39,816 nucleotides of DNA, taken from Escherichia phage BA14. How positions within the stretch are numbered: position 1 is the stretch's first letter; each line of letters starts with the position of its first letter. The DNA lies in the sequence record NC_011040.1; one strand, written 5' to 3'. The translations under genes were made by a program, and so were the position numbers. The notes beneath the pieces are model-generated. The model worked only from the letters and a program-made list of their open reading frames with translations. It searched no databases and was not told the origin of the DNA. Of the stretch, positions 16,951-26,216 are shown piece by piece.

Positions 16951-17159
16951 TGGGTGATTATCTACGTGTACTGGCGGCTATCAAAAGCTGCCCTAAGACC
17001 TTTCAGTCGAACTATGTGCGCAACAATGCGTCACTGGTGGCTGAGGCTGCAAGCCGTGGTCATATCTCTTGCCTATCAACTGATGGGCGTAATGCTGGCG
17101 CTTGGGAAGTAACAGGTGCTGGTGTCCGCTTCTTGACTAAGATGGGAGGTTGTGTATGA
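16950..17159 (+). CDS. 5.7: gp5.7
   Basis: 69 aa; AIKSCPKTFQSNYVRNNASLVAEAASRGHISC near-identical to T7 gp5.7 as I recall it. Confidence 0.85.
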   Translation: MGDYLRVLAAIKSCPKTFQSNYVRNNASLVAEAASRGHISCLSTDGRNAGAWEVTGAGVRFLTKMGGCV

Positions 17160-18070
17160 GCGCCATTACACTGAAGGAGTTCTATGAGTTACGCCAAGGC
17201 AAATCAGACAATGGTGTCTTGGTCATGGATGGTGACTGGCTGGTATTCCAAGCGATGGCAGCAAGTGAAGTAGAGACCGATTGGGGTGATGATGTGTGGA
17301 CATTAGAGTGCGACCACGGGAAAGCGTGGAACATTCTGGTTGACTCTATCAAGTCCTATGCGAGCCGTAAGAAGGCTTGGCGTGATGCACCTATCGTACT
17401 GGCCTTCACTGACGCTGTGAACTGGCGTAAGGAACTGGTGGACCCAACCTATAAGGAGAACCGTAAGGCATCCCGTAAGCCTGTAGGCTACCGTGCGTTC
17501 GTCGAGCGTGTTCAAGCCTGTGAGGACTGGACGTCTATCCTTGAGCCTCGCTTAGAGGGTGATGATGTAATGGGAATCATCGGGTCTGGTGCTAAACACT
17601 TTGGCTTCAAGAAGGCTGTGTTGGTCTCCTGTGATAAGGACTTTAAGACCATCCCTGATTGTGACTTCTTGTGGTGTACCACTGGTAACATCTTGACTCA
17701 AGACCAGACTACTGCTGACTACTGGCACATCTATCAGACCATCAAAGGTGACTTGACAGATGGCTACGGTGGCATTCCGGGCTGGGGCGAGACTACCGCT
17801 GAGTGGCTGGAGAACCCATACGCCTTTGAACAGGTTGAGAAAACTTTCAAGTCTGGTGCCCGTAAGGGACAGACAGTTCTCGAATGGAAGAAGGTGGACA
17901 TGGGAGACCGAACCTTGTGGGAAGCGATTGTGACCCTTGGTGCCAAAGCTGGGATGACCGAAGAGGAAATCATTAAGCAAGGCCAGATGGCTCGCATCCT
18001 TCGTTTCGAAGAGTACAACTTTATCGACAAGGAGATTTACCTATGGTCGCCGGAACAGTTGCGTTCGTAA
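17156..18070 (+). CDS. 6: 5'-3' exonuclease (gp6)
   Basis: 304 aa from ATG 17156 (RBS GGGAGGT); blocks VMDGDWLVFQAM, CDKDFKTIPDCDFLWCTTGNILTQ and QMARILRFEEYNFIDKEIYLW match T7 gp6. Confidence 0.95.
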   Translation: MSAITLKEFYELRQGKSDNGVLVMDGDWLVFQAMAASEVETDWGDDVWTLECDHGKAWNILVDSIKSYASRKKAWRDAPIVLAFTDAVNWRKELVDPTYKENRKASRKPVGYRAFVERVQACEDWTSILEPRLEGDDVMGIIGSGAKHFGFKKAVLVSCDKDFKTIPDCDFLWCTTGNILTQDQTTADYWHIYQTIKGDLTDGYGGIPGWGETTAEWLENPYAFEQVEKTFKSGARKGQTVLEWKKVDMGDRTLWEAIVTLGAKAGMTEEEIIKQGQMARILRFEEYNFIDKEIYLWSPEQLRS

Positions 18071-18129
18071 TGTTCGCAATCGTAGCCTTCGCTATGGTGT
18101 GGGCTGCATTTATAGCTAAGAGTGTGTAA
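18070..18129 (+). CDS. Possible 19-aa hydrophobic peptide (gene 6.3 position)
   Basis: ATG overlaps the gene 6 stop (TAATG); MFAIVAFAMVWAAFIAKSV; very short, weak support. Confidence 0.25.
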   Translation: MFAIVAFAMVWAAFIAKSV

Positions 18130-18157
18130 CTCTAGGCATTCTTCTCGACAGTGAAAT

Positions 18158-18180
18158 TAATACGACTCACTATTGAGAGG
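18158..18180 (+). promoter_or_regulatory. Phage RNAP promoter TAATACGACTCACTATTGAGAGG (phi6.5-like)
   Basis: Full T7-family match through -1; initiating GAGAGG. Confidence 0.8.
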
Positions 18181-18232
18181 GGTGCCTATATGATACCTAC
18201 TTTAAGTTCTAACTTTAAGGAGAACATTAATT

Positions 18233-18478
18233 ATGTTAACCCCTATCAAGAAGTATATGGAGAACCCACAAGATATTCCTAATGTTCCTCGGAGTGTTAT
18301 GGAGTATCTACAGGTTCAATACAATGCTGGATATGCTATTCAGTCAGGTCTAATCAACCGATTGAAACAGGCTGGATGGTCTGAAAGCTACATTGCCGGG
18401 TTCCTTGCTGGTCTCAACTATGCGTCCCAAACTCTGGATGACATGGAGGCAATCCGTAAGGAACAGGCTGAGTCCTAG
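18233..18478 (+). CDS. gp6.5-like protein
   Basis: 81-aa ORF with RBS TAAGGAGA after the 18158 promoter. Confidence 0.7.
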   Translation: MLTPIKKYMENPQDIPNVPRSVMEYLQVQYNAGYAIQSGLINRLKQAGWSESYIAGFLAGLNYASQTLDDMEAIRKEQAES

Positions 18479-18493
18479 TGTTATGGAGGTCTT

Positions 18494-18766
18494 ATGTGCT
18501 TTTCACCAAAGATTAAGACACCTAAAGTAAAGACTGAATCCATCCGAGCTATCGACCCTGCTCCACTGACTGAGGAACCGAAAGGTATTCTCTTTGGTGG
18601 CGAAGAGGACAACGATAGCGGAACCTCTTCTGAGGTGCCAACGGGCGGCAAGAAGTCCCTGAAGGTGAAACTGGATGACTCCGTTGAGAAATCCAAGAAG
18701 GCAGACTCCGCTGCTGCCAAGAAGTCCAAGTCTGGTATCCGTACCAGTGTCTTTAAGAAGAAATAA
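18494..18766 (+). CDS. 6.7: gp6.7 virion protein
   Basis: 90 aa; N-terminus MCFSPKIKTPK and lysine-rich C-terminus resemble T7 gp6.7. Confidence 0.8.
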   Translation: MCFSPKIKTPKVKTESIRAIDPAPLTEEPKGILFGGEEDNDSGTSSEVPTGGKKSLKVKLDDSVEKSKKADSAAAKKSKSGIRTSVFKKK

Positions 18767-18780
18767 TTAGGAGGTTTATC

Positions 18781-19128
18781 ATGGGTTGGGGTAAAAAGAT
18801 TCGTAAGGCAGTCAAGAAGACTGTCAAGAAAGTAACTAAGCCTATCGAGAAGGTAGTCAAGGAAACTGGCAAGGTAGTCGAGAAGGTCGGTAAGGAAGCT
18901 GGTAAAGTCGTTGGTGGCGTTGCTGGTGCACTTGCTGGTGGTAAGCCTGATGTACAGGTAGTTGAACAAGCTGCTCCTGTAGCTGCACAGATTATCGAGC
19001 CACCGAGTAAAGACGATGTGGACACCGATGATGATGCACAGACTGAATCTGGCAAGAAGAAAGCCCGTGCTGGTGGTAAGAAATCCCTGAGTGTCGCTCG
19101 TAGTTCTGGCGGTGGTCTTAATATCTAA
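18781..19128 (+). CDS. 7.3: gp7.3 tail/adsorption protein
   Basis: 115 aa; C-terminus AQTESGKKKARAGGKKSLSVARSSGGGLNI matches T7 gp7.3 as I recall it. Confidence 0.85.
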   Translation: MGWGKKIRKAVKKTVKKVTKPIEKVVKETGKVVEKVGKEAGKVVGGVAGALAGGKPDVQVVEQAAPVAAQIIEPPSKDDVDTDDDAQTESGKKKARAGGKKSLSVARSSGGGLNI

Positions 19129-19142
19129 CAAGGAGGCGCTAA

Positions 19143-20750
19143 ATGGCAAGCTCACAGAAACGTGAAGGCTTCGCTGAGAATGGTGCCAAGGCGGTGTATG
19201 ACGCATTGAAGAACGACCGGAACTCCTATGAGACCCGTGCGGAAAACTGTGCGAAGTACACCATCCCCTCGTTGTTCCCGAAGGACTCCGATAACGCCTC
19301 TACTGACTACACGACTCCGTGGCAAGCAGTGGGCGCTCGTGGTCTGAACAACTTGGCCTCTAAGCTCATGCTTGCTCTGTTCCCTATGCAGACTTGGATG
19401 AAGCTGACCATCTCTGAGTTCGAAGCGAAACAATTGGTAGCACAACCCGCTGAACTGGCGAAGGTCGAAGAAGGTCTCTCTATGGTCGAGCGAATCTTGA
19501 TGAACTACATCGAGTCAAACTCATACCGTGTGACACTCTTTGAGACCCTCAAGCAGTTGGTCGTAGCTGGTAACGCTCTGCTGTACATTCCTGAACCTGA
19601 AGGTACTTACAATCCCATGAAGTTATACCGTCTGTCTTCTTATGTTGTCCAACGAGACGCATTCGGCACGGTACTACAGATTGTGACCTTGGATAAGACT
19701 GCCTATGCAGCACTTCCAGAAGACGTAAGGAACTCTATGGACTCCGGTCAGGAACATAAGGGTGACGAGATGATTGATGTGTACACTCACATTTATCTCG
19801 ATGAGGAATCTGGAGAGTACCTGAAGTACGAAGAGATTGATGGCGTTGAAGTCGAAGGCACAGATGCTTCTTATCCGGTGGACGCTTGTCCGTATATCCC
19901 GGTTCGCATGGTGCGCATTGATGGAGAGTCATATGGTCGTTCGTACTGTGAGGAATACTTAGGTGACTTACGTTCACTTGAGAACCTTCAGGAAGCAATC
20001 GTCAAGATGTCCATGATTAGTGCAAAGGTTATCGGCTTGGTTAACCCTGCTGGTATCACACAGGTTCGTCGCTTAACGAAAGCACAAACAGGTGACTTTG
20101 TGTCTGGTCGTCCAGAAGACATCTCGTTCCTTCAGTTGGAAAAGGCTGCTGACTTCTCTGTAGCGAAAGCTGTAAGTGAACAGATTGAAGGCCGACTGTC
20201 CTATGCCTTTATGTTGAACTCTGCGGTACAGCGTACTGGTGAGCGTGTGACAGCCGAAGAGATTCGTTATGTTGCATCTGAACTGGAAGATACCCTTGGT
20301 GGTGTCTATTCAATTCTCTCACAGGAACTTCAGTTACCTATGGTTCGTGTCCTACTGAAACAACTTCAAGCAACCAATCAGATTCCTGAGTTACCGAAAG
20401 AGGCCGTTGAGCCTACTATCAGTACCGGGATGGAAGCATTGGGTCGTGGTCAAGACCTCGATAAGCTGGAACGATGTATTGCTGCATGGTCTGCTCTTGC
20501 TCCTATGCAGAATGACCCGGACATCAACATTGCGACCATTAAGTTGCGCATTGCGAACGCTATCGGCATCGACACTTCTGGTATCCTTAAGACACCTGAA
20601 GAGAAGCAACAGGAAATGGCTGAGTCCGCTCAAGGCACTGCTCTGGAGAACGCTGCTGCGTCTGCTGGTGCTGGTGCTGGTGCACTGGCTACTGCAAGTC
20701 CTGAGAACATGGAAGCTGCTGCTGCACAGGCTGGTATGGTTCCTAATTAA
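19143..20750 (+). CDS. 8: Portal (head-tail connector) protein gp8
   Basis: 535 aa; long collinear identity with T7 gp8 (e.g. YTIPSLFPKDSDNASTDY.TPWQAVGARGLNNLASKLMLALFPMQTWM). Confidence 0.97.
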   Translation: MASSQKREGFAENGAKAVYDALKNDRNSYETRAENCAKYTIPSLFPKDSDNASTDYTTPWQAVGARGLNNLASKLMLALFPMQTWMKLTISEFEAKQLVAQPAELAKVEEGLSMVERILMNYIESNSYRVTLFETLKQLVVAGNALLYIPEPEGTYNPMKLYRLSSYVVQRDAFGTVLQIVTLDKTAYAALPEDVRNSMDSGQEHKGDEMIDVYTHIYLDEESGEYLKYEEIDGVEVEGTDASYPVDACPYIPVRMVRIDGESYGRSYCEEYLGDLRSLENLQEAIVKMSMISAKVIGLVNPAGITQVRRLTKAQTGDFVSGRPEDISFLQLEKAADFSVAKAVSEQIEGRLSYAFMLNSAVQRTGERVTAEEIRYVASELEDTLGGVYSILSQELQLPMVRVLLKQLQATNQIPELPKEAVEPTISTGMEALGRGQDLDKLERCIAAWSALAPMQNDPDINIATIKLRIANAIGIDTSGILKTPEEKQQEMAESAQGTALENAAASAGAGAGALATASPENMEAAAAQAGMVPN

Positions 20751-20770
20751 TACGACTCACTAATGGGAGA
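20748..20770 (+). promoter_or_regulatory. Phage RNAP promoter TAATACGACTCACTAATGGGAGA (phi9-like)
   Basis: 23-bp T7-family promoter overlapping the portal stop codon. Confidence 0.85.
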
Positions 20771-20824
20771 GACACTACGTCCTCCCTTTGAGTTCTAAAC
20801 TTTTATTATCAAAGGAGATACAAT

Positions 20825-21736
20825 ATGTCCGGTGAATCTAATGCTGATGTTTACGCATCTTTCGGTGTGAACTCTGCGGTTGTCGGTGGGTCTACTCCTA
20901 CTGACCACGAACAGGCTATGCTTGAACTCGATGTTGCTGCCCGTGATGGTGATGATGCAATCGAGTTAGTTGGCAATGATGACCCTTATGGTAATCCAGA
21001 CCCGTTTGGTGAAGAAGACGAGAATCGTACTGAGATTCGTATCTCCACTGATGGTGAACCTGAAGAGACCGAAGAGGGTGAGATTGATTACTCCGAAGGC
21101 GACGAAGAAGGTTCCGAAGAGTTTGAACCTGTGGGTGACGTTCCAGACGAACTGAATGAAGCCTCAAGTCAACTCGAAGAGCATGAAGCTGGCTTCGAAG
21201 AGATGGTCAATCAGGCTGCTGAACGTGGTCTGTCCGAAGAAACTATCGTCCGTATCCAACAGGAATATGGTGAAGATGGTCTGTCCGAAGAGTCCTATGA
21301 AGAACTGGCTAAGGCTGGCTACTCTAAGTCCTTCGTTGACTCCTACATTCGTGGACAGGAAGCACTGGTCGAACAGTACGTTCAGTCTGTTATGGAGTAT
21401 GCTGGTGGTGAAGCACAGTTCCAAGCAATCTACAATCACCTCGAAGTGTCCAACCCGGATGCTGCCGAGTCTCTGGTTAGTGCTCTGGAAAATCGTGACC
21501 TTGCGACCGTTAAGGCTATCGTGAATCTCGCTGGTGCAAGCCGTGCGAAGACTTTCGGTAAACCTGCTGCCCGTAGCATTTCTAAACGTGCCGTACCTGC
21601 TGCACCTGTACGAGCCAAACAGTCTGGCTTTGAGTCACAGGCTGAGATGATTGCTGCAATGTCTGACCCTCGCTACCGTTCGGACTCTAAGTTCCGTGCT
21701 GAAGTTGAGCGTAAGATGATGTACAGTAACTTCTAA
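20825..21736 (+). CDS. 9: Capsid assembly (scaffolding) protein gp9
   Basis: 303 aa, very acidic, RBS AAGGAGA; position between portal and capsid genes. Confidence 0.9.
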   Translation: MSGESNADVYASFGVNSAVVGGSTPTDHEQAMLELDVAARDGDDAIELVGNDDPYGNPDPFGEEDENRTEIRISTDGEPEETEEGEIDYSEGDEEGSEEFEPVGDVPDELNEASSQLEEHEAGFEEMVNQAAERGLSEETIVRIQQEYGEDGLSEESYEELAKAGYSKSFVDSYIRGQEALVEQYVQSVMEYAGGEAQFQAIYNHLEVSNPDAAESLVSALENRDLATVKAIVNLAGASRAKTFGKPAARSISKRAVPAAPVRAKQSGFESQAEMIAAMSDPRYRSDSKFRAEVERKMMYSNF

Positions 21737-21739
21737 AAT

Positions 21740-21762
21740 TAATACGACTCACTATTGGGAGA
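21740..21762 (+). promoter_or_regulatory. Phage RNAP promoter TAATACGACTCACTATTGGGAGA (phi10-like)
   Basis: Perfect family consensus 4 nt after the gene 9 stop; drives the capsid gene. Confidence 0.9.
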
Positions 21763-21930
21763 GAGATGGAATCCCACGATTGGAGGTCACACAGACCATT
21801 AAGTTGCTGTGGCATCTGGCTTCCGGGCTTGTCGTGGGAATGCTCCCTTTGAGTGATACACAATGAGAACCAACTCGTTTCAAGTAGTACCTCACACATT
21901 AAACTTTAAATCAACAGAAGGAGATTCAAC

Positions 21931-22974
21931 ATGGCTAACATTAATGGTGGACAACAGATGGGTAAAGACCAAGGTAAAGGCATGAGCGCTGGTGATAAAC
22001 TGGCTCTGTTCCTGAAGGTCTTCGGTGGTGAAGTTCTGACTGCATTTACCCGTACCTCCGTAACTATGAACAAACACCTTGTGCGTTCTATTCAGTCCGG
22101 TAAGTCTGCGCAGTTCCCTGTGCTGGGTCGTACCAAAGCTGCTTACCTGCAACCGGGTGAGAACCTTGATGACAAACGTAAAGACATGAAGCACACTGAG
22201 AAGACCATTAACATTGATGGTTTGCTGACTGCTGACGTTCTGATTTACGACATCGAAGACGCTATGAACCACTATGACGTGCGTTCTGAGTACACCGCAC
22301 AGTTGGGTGAATCTCTGGCAATGGCTGCTGATGGCGCGGTTCTGGCTGAAATGGCTAAACTGTGTAACCTGCCGTCTGCGTCCGATGAGAACATCGCAGG
22401 TCTCGGTAAGGCTCATGTACTGGAAGTTGGCGAACAGTCCGCTCTGAAAGGCGACCAAGTTAAGCTGGGTCAGGCGATTATCGCACAGTTGACTCTGGCT
22501 CGTGCCAAGCTGACCAGCAACTACGTTCCTTCAAGTGACCGTGTGTTCTACACCACTCCTGATAACTACTCTGCGATTCTGGCTGCTCTGATGCCTAACG
22601 CTGCAAACTATCAGGCACTGATTGACCCGTCTACTGGTTCTATCCGCAACGTCATGGGCTTTGAAGTAATCGAAGTTCCTCACCTGACTGCTGGTGGTGC
22701 TGGCGAAGACCGTACAGAAGAGGGTGTAAATCCGACTGGTCAGAAACATGCGTTCCCTGAGACTTCCTCTGGTGACACCCGTGTTGCTCTGGACAACGTT
22801 GTCGGTCTGTTCAATCACCGCTCTGCCGTTGGTACTGTTAAGCTGAAAGACATGGCACTGGAACGTGCTCGTCGAGCTAACTTCCAAGCAGACCAGATTA
22901 TCGCTAAGTACGCTATGGGTCACGGTGGTCTGCGCCCTGAAGCATGTGGCGCGCTGGTTTTAAAAAAGTCTTAA
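21931..22974 (+). CDS. 10A: Major capsid protein 10A
   Basis: 347 aa, RBS GAAGGAGA; collinear with T7 gp10A (KLALFLKVFGGEVLTAF, FQADQIIAKYAMGHGGLRPEA). Confidence 0.97.
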   Translation: MANINGGQQMGKDQGKGMSAGDKLALFLKVFGGEVLTAFTRTSVTMNKHLVRSIQSGKSAQFPVLGRTKAAYLQPGENLDDKRKDMKHTEKTINIDGLLTADVLIYDIEDAMNHYDVRSEYTAQLGESLAMAADGAVLAEMAKLCNLPSASDENIAGLGKAHVLEVGEQSALKGDQVKLGQAIIAQLTLARAKLTSNYVPSSDRVFYTTPDNYSAILAALMPNAANYQALIDPSTGSIRNVMGFEVIEVPHLTAGGAGEDRTEEGVNPTGQKHAFPETSSGDTRVALDNVVGLFNHRSAVGTVKLKDMALERARRANFQADQIIAKYAMGHGGLRPEACGALVLKKS

Positions 22975-23108
22975 CTTCTCACAAACTCGTAGGGGACGCT
23001 GAGTCCCTTACTGAAGTTGAGCAAGAGCTAACGCCACAACAGAAAGCTGCCCGTACCCGTGCGGCAAACAAGGCTCGAAAGGAAGCTGAGTTAGCTGCTA
23101 CTGAATGA
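21931..23108 (+). CDS. 10B: Minor capsid protein 10B, via programmed -1 frameshift at A AAA AAG (22962-22968)
   Basis: The -1 frame from the slip site stays open 46 codons and encodes ...TPQQKAARTRAANKARKEAELAATE, matching the T7 10B C-terminal extension as I recall it. Confidence 0.7.
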
Positions 23109-23119
23109 TAACTATATGA

Positions 23120-23160
23120 AACCCCTTGGGTGCCTTCGCGGGTGCTTGAGGGGTTTTTTC
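23120..23160 (+). terminator. Intrinsic terminator after the capsid gene (Tphi position)
   Basis: AACCCCTTGGG...CTTGAGGGGTTTTTTC, GC-rich hairpin plus U-run, near-identical in form to T7 Tphi. Confidence 0.8.
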
Positions 23161-23182
23161 GCTACAACAGGAGGAAACCATT

Positions 23183-23773
23183 ATGCGCTCCTATGAAACA
23201 ACCCTAGAGACAGGCGAAGAGTTGGCTGCGGTCAATGACATCTTGGCCTCTATCGGTGAACCGCCAGTCTCCACTTTGGAAGGTGATGCTAACGCCGATG
23301 TCGCTAACGCACGTCGAGTTCTCAATAAGATTAACCGTCAGATTCAGTCGAAGGGCTGGACGTTCAACATTGAGGAAGGCCAACAGTTGCTGCCTGATGT
23401 GTTCAACGGATTGATTCCCTATATGTCTGACTACCTGTCCGTACTGTCTGAAGGAGGCGCGACCGCTTACGTTAACCGTGGTGGTTACGTCTATGACCGG
23501 ACTACAGGAACCGATGTGTTCCAGAACCCTATCACTGTGACCATCATTAAACTGAGAGAGTTCTACGAGATGCCTGAATGCTTCCGCTTCTGGATTGTCA
23601 CTAAAGCTGCCCGTCAGTTTAACAACAGGTTCTTCGGTGCACCTGAGATTGACGCTGTGTTGGCTGAAGAGGAACAGGAAGCGAAGATGCAGTGTGCCGA
23701 GTACGAACTGGACTTCGGTAACTTCAACATGCTTGATGGTGATGCCTTCACTGGTGGTCTGCTGTCTCGTTAA
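23183..23773 (+). CDS. 11: Tail tubular protein A (gp11)
   Basis: 196 aa; [24 protein letters not shown] and [16 protein letters not shown] match T7 gp11. Confidence 0.95.
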   Translation: MRSYETTLETGEELAAVNDILASIGEPPVSTLEGDANADVANARRVLNKINRQIQSKGWTFNIEEGQQLLPDVFNGLIPYMSDYLSVLSEGGATAYVNRGGYVYDRTTGTDVFQNPITVTIIKLREFYEMPECFRFWIVTKAARQFNNRFFGAPEIDAVLAEEEQEAKMQCAEYELDFGNFNMLDGDAFTGGLLSR

Positions 23774-23798
23774 TGATAACAATTTAAGGAGGTCTCTA

Positions 23799-26186
23799 AT
23801 GGCTCTTATTTCACAATCCGTCAAGAACCTGAAGGGCGGTATCAGTCAACAGCCGAACATCTTAAGGTTCCCCGAACAGGGTTCCGAACAGATTAACGGT
23901 TGGTCTTCGGAGACTGAGGGTCTTCAGAAGCGTCCACCTTTTGTCTTCACTAAGACCATTGGAGACCAGAATGCCCTTGGTGCCAAACCTCTCGTTCACC
24001 TCATCAACCGTGATAGTGTCGAACAGTATTACGTAGTGTTTACCGGACAGGGTGTTCGTGTGTTCGACCTCAATGGTAAAGAGTATGCTGTGAAGGGTGA
24101 CTTGTCCTACGTGAAGGTAGGGAACCCACGAGATGACTTAAGGATGGTCACTGTGGCTGACTATACGTTTATCGTAAACCGTAACATGGTGGTACGCGCT
24201 GACACTGCCCCTCTGTATAACCTAAAGGAGAATGGGGACTGTTTGATTAACGTCCGTGGGGGTCAGTATGGGCGTACATTGGCATTCACTATCAACGGTG
24301 TACGTATCGCATACAAGATTCACAACGGTGTCGGTGATGGTGCTGAACAGGCTGTACAGGAGACAGACGCACAGTGGCTCGTTAAGAAACTAGCTGGTCT
24401 TGCTCGTGCTCACGGTTCCTTTAAGGACTGGAAGTTCGACGAAGGGCCGGGGTTCATCCATGTGATTGCTCCGGGTAACAGCCAGATTAACTCACTGTCC
24501 ACTGAAGATGGCTACGCCAACCAGTTGATGAACGCAGTGATGCACACCAGCCAGTCATTCAGTAAGTTGCCCCTTGAGGCTCCTAATGGATACACAGTGA
24601 AGATTGTAGGTGACACCTCTAAGACTTCCGACCAGTTCTACGTTCAGTACGACAACGTGAAGAAGGTGTGGAAAGAGGTGGCTGGTTGGGGCGTACAGAA
24701 GGGACTCAATGGTGGCACGATGCCTCATGCTCTTGTGCGTCAGTCTGATGGTTCATTCCAGATGCAAGCCCTTCCGTGGTCACAGCGTACCTGTGGCGAC
24801 ATGGACACTAACCCTACTCCGTCTATTGTTGACCAGACGATTAACGATGTGTTCTTCTTTCGTAACCGCTTAGGGTTCCTCGCTGGTGAGAACATTGTGA
24901 TGTCCCGTACATCCAAGTATTTCTCATTGTTCCCTGCGTCCGTGGCTAACCTGTCCGACGATGACCCTATTGACGTGGCTGTGTCCCATAACCGAATCTC
25001 TATCCTGAAGTACGCTGTACCGTTCTCCGAAGAGTTGCTCCTATGGTCAGACCAAGCACAGTTCGTGTTGTCTGCTCAAGGTATCCTCTCACCGAAGTCA
25101 GTAGAGTTGAACCTCACGACCGAGTTCGATGTGTCAGACCGAGCGAGACCTTTTGGCGTTGGGCGTGGTGTGTACTTTGCGTCACCTCGTGCTTCCTATA
25201 CGTCACTTAACCGTTACTATGCGGTACAGGACGTTAGCTCTGTGAAGTCCGCTGAGGATATGAGTGCTCACGTTCCTAGTTACATTCCGAACGGTGTGTT
25301 CTCTATTCGTGGCTCCGGTACTGAGAACTTTATCTCTGTGCTCTCTGCGAATGCTCCTAGCAAAATCTTCCTCTATAAGTTCCTCTACTTGAATGAAGAG
25401 ATTGCCCAACAGTCGTGGTCACATTGGGAACTTGGAAGCAACGTTACCGTACTGGCCTGTGACTCTATCGGTTCCACCATGTACCTTGTGTTGCGCAACC
25501 AGTCACACACTTGGATGTGCCGTGCTCACTTTACGAAGAACAGCATTGACTTCACTGATGAACCATATCGCCTGTACATTGACAACAAGGTGAAGCATGT
25601 GATTCCTAAAGGTGCGTACAATGATGACACTTACACTACCACTGTGAAGCCTGTAGACATCTATGGGATGAAATATTGGACTGGTAAGTTCTACATTGTG
25701 GCCGCTGATGGTCTGGTCTCGTGGTTCGACCCTCCGCGTGGTGGTTGGCCTAATGGTGTCCCTGTGCTGTCAATGAGTGGGAACCGTGAGGGTGAGACAA
25801 TCTACGTTGGCTTGGCTATAAACTTCCGTTATGTGTTCTCTAAGTTCCTCATCAAGAAGACTGCTGATGATGGCTCGACAGCTACCGAGGACATTGGGCG
25901 CTTGCAGTTACGCCGAGCGTGGGTGAACTATGAGGACTCTGGTGCATTCACTGTAGAAGTGGAGAACACCTCTCGACTGTTCAGCTATGACATGGCGGGT
26001 GCTCGCTTGGGTTCCAATGCGTTACGCTCTGGTGGGCTTAATGTTGGTACTGGTCAGTTCCGCTTCCCGGTCGCTGGCAACGCACAGTTGAATGAAGTAC
26101 GTATTATCTCTGACCATACTACGCCACTGAACGTTATTGGTTGTGGCTGGGAGGGTAACTACCTGCGTCGTTCTTCTGGTATCTAA
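23799..26186 (+). CDS. 12: Tail tubular protein B (gp12)
   Basis: 795 aa from ATG 23799 (RBS TAAGGAGG); N-terminus MALISQSVKNLKGGISQQP as in T7 gp12; the ORF-track start at 23595 lies inside gene 11. Confidence 0.95.
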   Translation: MALISQSVKNLKGGISQQPNILRFPEQGSEQINGWSSETEGLQKRPPFVFTKTIGDQNALGAKPLVHLINRDSVEQYYVVFTGQGVRVFDLNGKEYAVKGDLSYVKVGNPRDDLRMVTVADYTFIVNRNMVVRADTAPLYNLKENGDCLINVRGGQYGRTLAFTINGVRIAYKIHNGVGDGAEQAVQETDAQWLVKKLAGLARAHGSFKDWKFDEGPGFIHVIAPGNSQINSLSTEDGYANQLMNAVMHTSQSFSKLPLEAPNGYTVKIVGDTSKTSDQFYVQYDNVKKVWKEVAGWGVQKGLNGGTMPHALVRQSDGSFQMQALPWSQRTCGDMDTNPTPSIVDQTINDVFFFRNRLGFLAGENIVMSRTSKYFSLFPASVANLSDDDPIDVAVSHNRISILKYAVPFSEELLLWSDQAQFVLSAQGILSPKSVELNLTTEFDVSDRARPFGVGRGVYFASPRASYTSLNRYYAVQDVSSVKSAEDMSAHVPSYIPNGVFSIRGSGTENFISVLSANAPSKIFLYKFLYLNEEIAQQSWSHWELGSNVTVLACDSIGSTMYLVLRNQSHTWMCRAHFTKNSIDFTDEPYRLYIDNKVKHVIPKGAYNDDTYTTTVKPVDIYGMKYWTGKFYIVAADGLVSWFDPPRGGWPNGVPVLSMSGNREGETIYVGLAINFRYVFSKFLIKKTADDGSTATEDIGRLQLRRAWVNYEDSGAFTVEVENTSRLFSYDMAGARLGSNALRSGGLNVGTGQFRFPVAGNAQLNEVRIISDHTTPLNVIGCGWEGNYLRRSSGI

Positions 26187-26216
26187 CCGTAAACACCCCC
26201 CGACTCATTTAGTGAA

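Noticed and set aside
18481-19206. 241-aa ORF on the minus strand
   Set aside because: Antisense to the conserved 6.7, 7.3 and portal-start genes; low-complexity translation without an RBS. All other long minus-strand ORFs (4189-4620, 13186-13632, 21892-22458, 23204-23824, 27589-28332, 28597-29100, 29176-29673, 37798-38301) are likewise antisense to well-supported + strand genes.
21766-21852. 28-codon ORF inside the gene 10 leader
   Set aside because: ATG is only 9 nt from the transcription start with no RBS; more likely incidental within a structured leader.
23595-23798. Upstream extension of gene 12 (ORF track start 23595)
   Set aside because: Would overlap most of the 3' end of gene 11 in another frame; ATG 23799 has a strong RBS and the T7 gp12 N-terminus.
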